A stretch of 63,234 nucleotides of DNA, the filler included, from Basidiobolus ranarum (lineage: Eukaryota): NCBI GenBank assembly GCA_040143965.1. It is 13 parts of 13 records of this genome, joined end to end, with 100 filler letters (N's around TTAATTAATTAA, not from the genome) between each part and the next. Parts side by side here need not be neighbours in the genome. Positions count along the whole stretch, not along the records: positions 34,149 to 38,920 come from JASJQH010008712.1; positions 39,021 to 43,790 come from JASJQH010008713.1; positions 43,891 to 48,659 come from JASJQH010008714.1; positions 48,760 to 53,522 come from JASJQH010008715.1; 9 more parts are not named here. One strand, given 5' to 3'. The notes below the pieces were generated by a model. It was not told the origin of the DNA and did not search any database. It saw only the letters and a list, made by a program, of their open reading frames with translations. Of the stretch, positions 37,522-49,642 are shown piece after piece. Positions within the stretch are counted from its first letter, which is position 1. The number at the start of each line of letters is the position of its first letter. The position numbers and the translations under genes were made by a program.

Positions 37522-38920
37522 CCCTAACAAAATAAATTGATTTGATCTGGATCAGATCCACCTTTCTAAAGCACAAAACAATTAGAGGACCATCCCAATA
37601 TTGGTGGCTTGTATTCTGCCAGATATCTTGATGGTGAGAAGATGGCTTCCTAACAATATTATGACAGTAATTTTACATGGTGAAATATTGACCCTAATGT
37701 TTGACATTTATCATTTAATTACCAACAATTTTTGGAAAAATCCAATTTTTGAATTGCAAATTACTGGGCTTACTGCTATAGGAATTCAAACTAATATGCA
37801 TGCCTCTATTTAGATATTTTAGCCTTTGTATTCCAGCCATAATGAGAATCAAAAAACACAAGAATCTTGTTGTGTTTAGTCTCTACATATGCACTTACTT
37901 GACTGATCAGACATAACTGAACAATATCAATATGTATTACCAGCAAACTAATAGTGGAATAATTGCTAGACATCTGAAATTTAGAGTAACTTTGACACTT
38001 GGCAAATAGCTATCTCCTGTTACCATTACCAGTGCAAATAAGCTCTTGGATTTTGGCAAATTTCTGTAAAGAATTCCACCAAAATATCCCTGACTTGCAG
38101 TCAACAAATGTCTGGCCACAAGTAGATATGTCATTGATTGAACAGATTACCCCATGGCTAAAACAATAATACTGAGTATCTTGATCTATCTTACCAAGAA
38201 GTCTGTCTTGCAGCTTTCCTAGAAATACTGTCAGATTATCACACAAGCAAACTAGTCTAAATTAAATAGGTATTTACTGTGAGTCCATGGATTGGGTTTT
38301 GTTGCTGTTATTGTGCTCAAACAATGCAAAAACCCATGATCACATTGAAAAGAGCCCTGTGTTGGAAGGTTAATATAGTCTGGAGTCTCCTTAACCCATC
38401 ACATTACATCCATCACTGATTTTGCTGATACACTATTAATCAGATTAGCATATGGTAACATTGACAGTTTCATACAGAGCATCATTTCACCACAGGTATG
38501 TTCAATTGGGAACTCCCAGAAAGTATAGCAAGGGCCCATAATCTCTAAGCATTTTGAATGATGCAGCAGGAAATTTATTAAATACTGGCATAGAGTCATT
38601 CTATCTTCTTTAAACCTGTAATAAATTCTCTACTTCCTAATTACAAAATCTTTGCATATTTGCTGTATTTGCCTGAGATCTGCCAATGTGAGTTAATGCC
38701 ATAAGAATATATTAAAAATATCCACAAACAACTCCCTAACAATAATAAAAACAATTTGATCCGGATTGGATCCACCCTCCAAAATAGCAAACCATCAGAG
38801 AACCATCATAATATTGGTGGCTTGCATTCTGCCAGGGATTTTGATGGTGTAATGGCAGTTTCTTGATGGTATTTTGATGGTATTCATACATGTTAAAATA
38901 TTGATCCTCAAATTTGGCAT
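37522..38920 (-). mobile_element. CACTA/CMC transposon 3' portion, with a second copy's end nested at 38734
   Basis: CCCTAACA termini; DUF4218-like HHSKCLEIMGPCYTFWEFPIEHTCG. Confidence 0.8.
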
Positions 38921-39020
38921 NNNNNNNNNNNNNNNNNNNNNNNNNNNNNNNNNNNNNNNNNNNNTTAATTAATTAANNNNNNNNNNNNNNNNNNNNNNNN
39001 NNNNNNNNNNNNNNNNNNNN

Positions 39021-40119
39021 AAGAAGATAGACTGAATCTATGCTGGTATTCAATACATTGCCTGCTGCATCTTTCACAATGCTTAGAGATTGTAGGCCAT
39101 TGCTATATATTCTGGGAGTTCCCAATGGAGTGGATCTGTGGTGAAATGATGTTCCATGTGACATCATCAGTATTACTCTATACTAATCTGATTAACCATG
39201 TATCAGCAAAATCAGTGATGGATGTGATGTGATGGGTTAAGGAGACTCCAGAGTATTTTAACCTGCCACCAAAGGGCTCTTTTCAATGTGCTCACAGGTT
39301 TTTGCATTGTTTGAGCACAATAACAGCAACAAAGCCCAATCCATGGACGCAGAGTAAGTACCTTTATAATTGGACTAATTTGCTTGTGTAATAATTTGAT
39401 GGTATATTTAGGAAAGCTGCAAGACAGACTTCTTGGTGAGATAGATGGATATATGCAGTATTATTGTTTTGGCCATGGGGTAATCTATTCAAGCAAGGAC
39501 ACATGTACTAGTGGCAGGACATTTGTTGACTGCAAGTCTGGGATATCTTGGCTGAATTCTTTACGGAAATATGCCAAAATCCAAGAGCTTATTCTCATTG
39601 TGAATGGTGACAAAAGTCAGCTATTTGCCAAGTGTCAGTGCTATTCAAAATTTCAGATGTTTAGCAATTTTACCACCATTAGTTTGCTGGTAAAGCATAT
39701 TATTGTTGTTGAGTTATGTCTAATCAGTCAAATATGTGCATATGTAGAGATTAAACACAACAAGATTCTTGTATTTTTTGATTCTCATTATGGCTGCAAT
39801 ACAAGGCCTAAAATATCTAAATAAAGGCTTGCATATTAATTCGAATTCATACAGCAGTACACCCAGCAATTTGCCATTCAAAAATTATACATTTGCAAAA
39901 ATTCCTGGATGTTGAATAATGCATGCCAAGTTTGAGGATCAATATTTTAACATGTATGAATACCGTTAAGATACCGTCAAGATACCATCAAGAAACCGCC
40001 GTCACACCATCAAAATCCCTGGCCAAATGCAAGCCAGCAATACTGCGATGGTTCTCTGACAGTTTTGCTATTTTGGAGGGTGGATGTGATCCAGATTAAA
40101 TTGATTTTTTTTGTTAGGG
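39021..40119 (+). mobile_element. CACTA/CMC transposon 3' portion, plus orientation
   Basis: Transposase C-terminal ORF 39384-39824; 11-bp subterminal repeats at about 39960-39992; ends TGTTAGGG. Confidence 0.8.
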
Positions 40120-42860
40120 ATCAATATGCATGCCTTTATTCAGATATTTTAGGGTTTGTATTCCAGCCATAACAAGAATCAAACAATACAAGTTTCTTGT
40201 TGTGTTTAGTCTCTATGTATGCACAAACTTGACTGATTAGACATAACTCAACAATTTCAATATGCTTTACCAGCAAACTAATGGTGGTAAAATTGCTAAA
40301 ATCTGAAATTTTGAATAGCACTAACACTTGACAAATAGCTCACTCTTGTTACCATTCACAATGAGAATAAGCTCTTGGACTTTGGCAAATACCGATAAAG
40401 AATTCAGCCAATATATCCCCAACTTGCAGTCAACTAATGTCCTGCCACAAGTAGATATGTTACTGCTTGAATAGATTAACCCATGGCTAAAACAATAATA
40501 CTATGTATCTTGATCTATCTCACCACAAAGTCTGTCTTCCAGCTTTCCTAAGAATACCATCAGATTATCACACAAGCAAATTAGTCCAAATTATAGAGGT
40601 ACTTCCTTTGTGTCCATGGATTGGGCTTCGTTGCTGTTATTGTGCTCAAACAATGCAAAAACCCATAAGCACATTGAAGAGAGCACTTTGTTAAAGGTTA
40701 ATATACACTGGAATTGCCTTAACCCATTGCATTACATCCATCACTGATTTTGCTGATACATTGTTAATCAGATTAGCATATGGTAATCTTGACAATTACA
40801 CATGGGGCATCATTTCTCCACAGGTGCACTCCATTGGGAACTCCCAGAATGTATAGCAAGGGCCTATAGCCCCTAAGCATTGTGAAAGATGCAGCAGGCA
40901 ATGTATTGAATACCAGCATAGATTCAGTCTATCTTCTTGAAACCTGTAATATAAGTTTTTCATATTCAATTACAAAATCTTTGCACAGCTGCTGTATCTG
41001 CCTGAGATCTGCCAATGTGGGCTGATGTAATGAGAATATATTAACAATATTGATCAACAACTCCCAATGTTGCCAATACTTATCAGGCAGATATCTTTGA
41101 AAGATACCCCTTGAATAAATACAAATCCAATACTTCCAGTCTTTGCATTTTTATAAATGTGTAGATGAGTGGATATTGATGGGAGTCCTGGTAAAATATG
41201 ATAGTATCTTGATGTTTTCAAGTATTTTCCCAATTAATTCAAACTTTGATCCTATCTCAAATGTCTCATTCTTATAAAATTCTCCACTGTATAGCTGAGT
41301 AAGTTGTATTGAAATTTTGTTGAATAGTAAGTACTTGGTTCCTAATGGTAAGCTCTGACTCCAGCTGATCCACTTTAGCAATATAATCATTGGCTTACCA
41401 CTAATACCAAGTTTGATGTTAGACTAACTATTTGATGAATTGATATCAATAATCATGTTAAAATCAGACCAAGCTCTTGACAGTAAAAGCATGCAGTTTA
41501 GTATTGTATTTGGTTAGTAGTAATGCCTATGTTGGCTAGAGTAAACTCCACTGATTTGACAAAATCTACAGCAAGATAGTGCATTGTGCCTGCAAAAACC
41601 TCCAAGTTTACTGATGATAGGAGTGTCACCAATAAATACAATGCTATTAGCTTTAATAAAATATTCACCCATCTGAACACCATTAGATAATCATTCAAAT
41701 TCTGCAATCAAAGGCTCCAAGAAGCTATCTATAAACACTGGGGATTTAGGTCCAGATATGATGGCTAGTATCAAAATATTGTGACTCTTATAACATTCAG
41801 AAGGAGGGAGATTTAAGTTGATTAAAATTATTGGCCAGTAAGCCTTTGCAATGGTGTATTTGTTTAGTGAGAAACCATCCAGAGCCATTGCAAATGCATG
41901 ATGATATAAGTTCTCAAAGAAACCTTGACTTTTCCAATTCTGGTAGTGATAGCCATCAAGTATTTTGGTACTACCATCAGCTTTACAGTAAGTACTTTGG
42001 TATTGGATCAATGATCTATACTTGGTTGATATCATCAAAACTTTACAACAGACAATCAATGGTATGTTAGCCAAATATGAACAATATTCACCTGATTCCA
42101 TGATTGCCAATTGTGTTCAACCAATTGTTTGCAAACAGTACATTACTGTAGGTTTTTCAGATCACCAGTGAAGGCCAAACAACCATTTGGACACCAAGGT
42201 AGTTTAATTACAGAAGGATTTTAAGTCATACAATTAATAAGCATTTTCCACTTGTACCAGGTCTGTGGGGAGCAACAGTTGCCAATAAACTGTGGTAAAA
42301 GTATGAGAAAATCAATAAACACCTGGTTGCTAAGATTGGATTGAACTCTTCACTCCTCAATAATCAAAGCCGCTTCCATGGCAGTAAGTGTTATGAGTGG
42401 ACTAATGTTTGCTAAAAACAAAGAGCCTTAACAAAACTGTGGTCTTCTTCTTCAACTTCTGATATACTACCATTGGTAATGGAATAACCAAGGTCAACAT
42501 CTAGCAGCAAGTCCTCAAAGTTGGCTGGACTTATTGGTTTGACCAAACTTGCATTTCTACCCACATCATTCTGGTCATATAACTGTGGTAACTCCTGGTA
42601 TCTTTACCTTTGGCAATGTTAACAAAACTTAGATGCAAAGTACAGTCAGTGGACTCAATGGGCAAAACAAAAGTGGATTTTGTACACTTATTGCTGGTGT
42701 TATACACCAGCCTTTGTGCAGCTGGTGGCTTTGTACAGTGACCATGCTTGTGATTATTTTTTCTATGAAGCCTCTGGCTTTCATAGCACAAGAATCTGTG
42801 ACAATAATAGCAGGGCTTCTGTAAGTGTTTGTATTGCAGCATCAGAAGGAAATTTTAGAT
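40120..42860 (-). mobile_element. CACTA (Transposase_21/tnp2) transposase pseudogene
   Basis: AMALDGF..YWPIILINLNLPPSECYKSHNILILAIISGPKSP..DSFLEPLIAEF; CPNGCLAF-like motif; N-terminal CxxC..HxxxxH; many stops. Confidence 0.88.
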
Positions 42861-43276
42861 AAAAGAACACCTCCGAAGTAAGGGTGGTATTTCAGGTATA
42901 GCTCATCAATAGCATCAGCTGATTCTGAGATGGTGTCTCAGATGAGTCATCAGGGGATTTACAAGATATCCAGTAATTGATGGCAATTTTGGTTTATTAT
43001 GAGCTGATTCTGTGCAATTTCATGGCATAAAAGGAAAAAAACCTGCAAGAACAGAGGACTTAATTGATGAGCAGTCTAGTGGTTAACAGTCTACTTTCAA
43101 AGGCATTAACATGCTGGAAATTAACTCAACTAATGATGAAGCATTGAACAATTTACCAGATGTGATCCTTTCCTGCAATAATGCAAGTTAAGAGATTTTA
43201 ACACCTCAATCATCTAGTAAATCAATAGTTGAGCAAAGTTTGACCAAAACACCATCTAAACCATCAACTTCCAAAA

Positions 43277-43790
43277 TGGCTACTTTGCCCACCATTGAAC
43301 AACCCTCCATAGATAATTTCAATAAAATTATTACAAGGAGTGAGTGGCAAGCAGAACACCATGATGATTTGTATGCAATCAAAAGTAAAAAATCCGCAGA
43401 TGCTATAAATGTCATGACAAGTCATAATGCTACAATATTGCAATTAATGTAGTATTTGGAAGCAACCAGTCAACAGTTAGAGAGTCACTCAACAACAATA
43501 CAAGACCTTCAGAATGCTGTTCTTGACCTACAGCAAATGCTGCTCCCTCTGTCCATTCTCATACAGGATCTCAATCAATCCCACACCATACATACAAATT
43601 TCTCCATGACAATCTAGCAGCGCAGAATATATGTTGGACTATTAAGCCTACACATCATCCCTAAATTGCTGGGGCACATGAAAGTAGAAATCTTATAGGA
43701 AAACAAGCAAACCAAAACACTCTGAATCTAGGAGCTGGCATCAATTGCTCTGATGATGAATGGTTTAGCCATTTGGAAACTGTGTGCAAT
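43277..43790 (+). pseudogene. Decayed coiled-coil ORF divergent from the transposase (possible accessory TE gene or gag)
   Basis: MATLPTIEQP...ILQLM*YLEATSQQLESHSTTIQDLQNAVLDLQQML; CpG-poor like the TE sequence. Confidence 0.35.
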
Positions 43791-46673
43791 NNNNNNNNNN
43801 NNNNNNNNNNNNNNNNNNNNNNNNNNNNNNNNNNTTAATTAATTAANNNNNNNNNNNNNNNNNNNNNNNNNNNNNNNNNNNNNNNNNNNNGGATGTTTTT
43901 GACTTTATCTAACACTGGGCATTGCTCAATAGTCTAAAGCACCAGCCAATATTGCTCATGGCTCTCCAATCTCAACTGCTACTTTTCAAAGTGTTTGGCA
44001 GCCTGTTGGAAGTTGTTACAGAATTAGAGAAATTGATGGTTTTCACTTATTTGTTGTTTAAGCATAAGGTTATCATTTATAGTTTTGTCAAGATGCAAAC
44101 AAACTAATGTGTTTAATGAGTTAATAAAGGTCCTGGGAACATGTGTGAGCAGGTTGGGGCCTCTAGCACAAGTATGAAGAAATTCGAATAAGACAAGTTC
44201 TGAGTTGGTTAAATATTCTAAATAAATTCCTGTTGAGAATAATGGGTATTATCTGGGTGAATTATAAGATAACTAAGTACTAAGCTATATATGCCCATAT
44301 AGGTGTCTAGGCAATACTAATATCAATACTAATAGTCATATGACCTAATCCTAAGGAATGCTGAAATTTTACATATTTCTCTCTGGCTAATGCTTTGGTT
44401 AATATATTGGCAGTCATTTCTTGTGAAGAACAGTAAGTTAAGTCTATAAACTTATTCTGTATAGTCTCTTCAATGAAAAGACATCTAATACTATATGTTG
44501 GCTACTGATATGAAACTTGGGGTTTCTAGCTAGTATGATGCAACTTTGATTATCTTGAAATATATTAGTTGGTGAATTTTGAGAATGGCCTTTATCTGTT
44601 CAGCATTTGCTTCACAATATTTCTTCTCTTGTTGCTTCACATGCAGCAATGTATTCTACATCCATTGTTCAAAGTGCTAAGGGGGGATGTTTCTTTAAAT
44701 TCCTAGATAAAGTTCCATTGCAGCAAACAAATAAGTATTCTGTTGAAGATCTCTTCTCCTCAATATCTCTTCCTCAATTTGCATCTGAATTTCCTATCAG
44801 ATCAAGGTTTTATCCAGAGTATGTCTATGTGTAAGTGCAGAGCCACAGTGCCTTTTATATAACTGCAAATCCACTTAACTGCTATGATTTAGTCAGATTC
44901 ATAATCTTACAGTGACTGGCACCAGAATCTAATAGAGTATGCCTTATCCGGTCATGTTCCACACATAATATACATCAACATACCAACTATAGATTGATAA
45001 GGAAAATGATGGCTTTGATCAGAATCCAAAAACATATTGTTTAAGCCATTTCTGGTCCAGTCAAGATTAGTCTTTATTGAGGGGAGATGCTGGACTACAT
45101 TTGTCCATTTCAAGCTTCTTTAAAGTATCACAGATATCCTTAGACTTGTTTAAAATCATTGCTTTAGTAGTACTATTTGTCATAATTTGGATTCCAATAT
45201 AATGTGTCAGTTCACCAGGATCAAACACTTTGAATTTGATAGATAAGCAGGATTGAGTTCTGTCAAAAGTCTTTAAGTTGTTGGTTGCAAAGATAAGCTC
45301 ATTTGCATATAAAACGAACTAAATTAGGCTTCTATTATATGGCCTGAAGTAGGAACTATATGCTAACATTACTCTTTTTGGATAAAAATGCTTCCAAAAA
45401 ATGTCTGTCTCAATATTTCAAACTTTTGGAAATTGTTTTGAGCTATAGAGTGTTTGCCAGAATGCACAAGCATTTTTAGGGTTTTCTGGGTCCCCAAATC
45501 TGTCTGGCTGGTTGGTATAAAGCTCCTCAGCCAGTACATCACTTGGAAAAGCATTTTTTACATTGATATGTTCTATAGTAAACTGACATTTAGCTAAAAT
45601 TGCTAAAATCAACTCTATTTGCTTATCAATAAAAGCCTGTTACTGGTCAGCCATTGCAGATCTCAAGATTTTGTGTGAGAGCCCTTCAGGGCCTCTTTTA
45701 AAGGGTAGATGCAGATACCTGAGCTCTGCAGGCATAGGCCCACAGTTGGGACTCACTGATATAGCAACCAGGGCTGTTTCCAATTCTATTTGATGACCTG
45801 GTATGGAATACAGGTACTGCAACTTCTGGCATTGTATGGGAGCTTGAGTAAGTTGAATTTTGTTTGATAGGTCTACAGGAATGCTTCATTCTCTTTTGTT
45901 GTGGTTTAAATCAATTTAAATGAATGGATCAGGAGAAAATGGACTTCTGTTAGTATCTGAGATCATTTTGAATGTAAATTTTCCTTTCCATTTTGCCAAA
46001 AATCCCTGCCCCACATTAACTTTTGAATTTGGTATCAAAGAGTCTGTAGACATTATTTTAAGTAAAGAACCTGGAATACACATTTCTTACATTTGAATCA
46101 AATTTCAACTACTTTTGCTAATAATTTTGACATAAGCAATGGATCCAAAGATCCTCACATGTTTTACATCAGGTTTAACTCCAAGCCTAGCTGAATATTG
46201 TGTAGAGTTAGACAGAGTTTGGGTAAAGCTCCAATCATTAGATATAGCATGCCCAACACCATGAACTTTGCAAAAGTGATCAAATTGTCTTGTAGTATAT
46301 TCTCCACCTTTATCAGTATGTATTTCATTTAATCTGTTTCAGTTTTGGTCTCCACAGGTGCTTTAAATCTCCAACATTAGACATAGCTTCTTTTTTGAAT
46401 TCAGAAAGTTGGCCCAAGTGCATCTTGAGCAACCATCAACAAGTGTGATCAAAATATTTTTCTGCCTGAAGATACATAATGCACAGATCCACACAAATCA
46501 GAATAAGTTAGATCTAACTTTTTAACAAATTTGATTTGACCAGAGCTCTTGAACAGTTGCCTCCCTTTTTTTCCATATATGCAACCCTCACAAATTCCCA
46601 TTTAGATTGGGGGGTTAAGTTGAATTCCAGAAACACATCACCCGCTTGGATTGAATGCAAGTTTGTATAAGTA

Positions 46674-46765
46674 CTGATTCTTTTAGCTAATTAGTTCTGA
46701 TTCTTTTAGCTAATTAGTTCTGATTCTTTTAGCTAATTAGTTCTGATTCTTTTAGCTAAATAGTT
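46674..46765. repeat. 23-bp tandem repeat x4 (CTGATTCTTTTAGCTAATTAGTT) inside copia pol
   Basis: Three identical units plus one with a single mismatch. Confidence 0.95.
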
Positions 46766-47866
46766 CCCATTTTGATCAGTGATAGCACATTTGGACTTAT
46801 CAAAATTGAATATCAGCCCTTTGGAAGTGGCCATGCATCCAGATAGTCAATTTTTGCAAATATCTGGAGCATGCAGTATGTGCATAAAAGTATACACTTT
46901 TCTTCAGAAACACCAGATAAATTGAGTTGAATTATTCCCATTCCAATGGCATTGAATATAAGATCATCTATTATGAAAACCTTTCTCCTGAGGATTTCTG
47001 GACAATCCACAAACCAATGTTTTTCATTTGTGAAATATTGGGAGTCTCCAGAATGAATATGGCAGATCTGGGAATCATTGTTAGTAGTCACAGATAGGGC
47101 AGATTTACTCAAGTAACCTTTGATTGTAACCGCATTTTCACATATGGTGTGTTGATTGTCTTTTGCAACTTTTTTGAAGCAAACCTTGCTTATATGGCCA
47201 ATTCCGTTAAAGCAATCACAGAATATGGCACCCATTTTCTAAGCTGCTGTTATGGCAAGGCTTCCCATAGTCAATTAAAGAATTTTCTTCTGTCTTTTGG
47301 TTAGAGCCAAATTTGTGCAAATCTTCATCCTGGTGCCCATCAAATTCATAACCTAAGGTCAAACTTGAAGATCTTCATTCTAGAACAGCTACTAGGCTCT
47401 GGAACTTGTAGGGTAAGCTCTTCTGGACTGTAATTTTGATATCCTGGTCTGAAGTAGGTACTTCATTCCATTGCATTTTGTCCACCAACAAAGTGACTCT
47501 TTTCACTAGTGATATGCTCTCTTCTCCTGGTTTGATCTTGAAGCTCAAGAATTGTCTTCTTAGAAACATCTTGTAGGCTGCAGAACATTGTTGCCAGGTG
47601 TCTTTGAAGGCTTTCCAAACCTCCCTGGCCATTTTGGCTCCTGAGCATTGAATTTGCAATTGGTCTTTAACATTGAGAAAAACGGTTTTATTGGAACTTG
47701 GATTTCAGATAGTTTTGCATTGTTTTCATTGCCTACAACATGGTCTTAAAGTTCTTTTTCTTGCACTAGCATTAAAGATGTAGTTTCCCACATTTGAAAA
47801 CTGACTCCATCTAATTTTTCAGAAGAGAGGAAAGTTCCAGAAATTTGTGAAGTAGATAGTACAGAG

Positions 47867-47890
47867 AGTGCAAGCTTGCAGCTCATAACC
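47867..47890 (-). promoter_or_regulatory. Primer-binding site complementary to the 5' half/anticodon arm of initiator tRNA-Met
   Basis: GGTTATGAGCTGCAAGCTTGCACT immediately after the 5' LTR end (..TGACA). Confidence 0.8.
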
Positions 47891-48952
47891 TGTCATAGTA
47901 TTTGTGAGTCTGTTGGAAGTATCTTGGAGAATTAGAGGAATTGGTGGTTTTCAATTATTTACTTATTGAGTAGAAAGTTGATAATTATACTTTTGTCAAG
48001 ATTCAAACATTATAATATGTAAAAGAAATTAAGGAAGGTCCTAGGAACCAGTGAGGCAAGTTTGGGGCTTCTGGCACAAGTTTCAAAAATTATATAAGCA
48101 GAGAACTTTGGAGTTTGTAAAGCTTTTCTAAGTAAATTGGACTTGTTCCATTGTGCCAGGCTTTATTGGACCTTAGATCAATATGTTAGAGTAAATGGCA
48201 CTTATATTGATCAAGCCAGAGGGTGCTGGATATTGCCAAATTGTGCCACATAAATTTTAGAATGCTTTATCCAATTTGATATATATAGCACAATATAGCT
48301 CCATCACAAAGAACAAGTTGATTGTGAGTGAGAATAATGGTAATATCTTGGTGAAATATAAGATAACCTAGTTCTAAGCTACATACAGCTATATAAGTGT
48401 TTAGGCAATGCTATTTCTACATAATTACCCCAAACTTGAAGGCAAGCCAAAAGCTACCCAAGCACTGGAATGCACACTGAGTGGTGTCAAACTGAAAGGA
48501 TGTAAAAAATTTGTAAAAGTGTTTGAAGAGTCTTTTCACAAGTATGAAGGGAATGTTGAAATTAGGTAAATAGCAACTCATTATTTAGTAGTTAGTTTAT
48601 TCATATTCTGATTATTTAGTACTCAATTCTGTCATTCAAAAACGTGTGTTTATTGCTCTNNNNNNNNNNNNNNNNNNNNNNNNNNNNNNNNNNNNNNNNN
48701 NNNTTAATTAATTAANNNNNNNNNNNNNNNNNNNNNNNNNNNNNNNNNNNNNNNNNNNNAATGGAGAATAGCGGCGAGAAAGAAATATGGAACTAGAGGC
48801 TGTAGCTACCATTCACGGAAAGTAACTGCACAGATATTGAGGGAAATACTCGATCTAGAACACCATAGCAATGCCCACACCACCTGAGAGATAAATTCAT
48901 TCTTATATAAAGCGCTTCGGATGGCGTCCAGCCATGGGCAACAAACGAACAG

Positions 48953-49642
48953 ATGAAACTCAATCTACCTTCCATTTTCACAACCGCCTTTCTATTATCA
49001 ATCACTGTTGCAGGCGATGACCACAGCTGCTGGAGTAACTGTAACGAAAATGCAACTTGTTTAGCTCAGTGTGACTCCCAGCTTCAAGGTATTGGGGAAT
49101 GTAAAGCTAGGTGTGACTTCACTAACCCTGATCAAGGGAGGCAATGTATCAAATCCTGTGTAGATAATCATGTTTTACACAAACCTAGTCCGACAATGTC
49201 GTCAATGGAAGTAACTCCAAGTTCCATTACTATGGAAGCCAGAACGCATCATAGCCGTCACTCTAATAGTGAACATGATAGTTGTTGGGGACATTGTAAT
49301 GGCTTAGCGCAGTGTCTGGAGAAATGTGACGAACAGGTTCAAGGAATCGGCGAGTGCAAAGCAAATTGTAACTTCACTGATCCGGTTAATGGTGCAAGAT
49401 GTATTCAAAACTGCCGCGAAAATCACATTTTCCAGAGTCCTGTCCAGACAACAACTCCTCCTAAGACCGAACTCAGTTCAAGGTCGGAAAATACTCCAGT
49501 AAAGACTGCCACTCCAACTGGTAGTGAATCAACGGCTACATCAGCACGCCCTTCTGTCAATACTCCAAATTCTTCCACTACTTCGAGCATATCTGTATTT
49601 TTGTTTATTGTTACTACCTTCGTGTCCATAAATATCCAGTAA
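48953..49642 (+). CDS. Secreted, probably GPI-anchored protein with two 8-Cys repeats
   Basis: Signal peptide; two repeats of CX3CX5CX3CX9CX3CX10CX3C; S/T/P stalk; NS omega-like site and hydrophobic C-terminus. Confidence 0.85.
   Translation: MKLNLPSIFTTAFLLSITVAGDDHSCWSNCNENATCLAQCDSQLQGIGECKARCDFTNPDQGRQCIKSCVDNHVLHKPSPTMSSMEVTPSSITMEARTHHSRHSNSEHDSCWGHCNGLAQCLEKCDEQVQGIGECKANCNFTDPVNGARCIQNCRENHIFQSPVQTTTPPKTELSSRSENTPVKTATPTGSESTATSARPSVNTPNSSTTSSISVFLFIVTTFVSINIQ

Larger units (their letters stand above)
43983..48421 (-). mobile_element. Near full-length decayed Ty1/copia retrotransposon with both LTRs (family A)
   Basis: 5' LTR 47891-48421, PBS, gag (AREVWKAFKDTW, KSLPYKFQSLV), zinc knuckle CDCFNGIGHISKVC, protease, integrase (HTDKGGEY, RIFGS), RT, RNase H, 3' LTR about 43983-44328; all on one contig. 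Confidence 0.92.
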
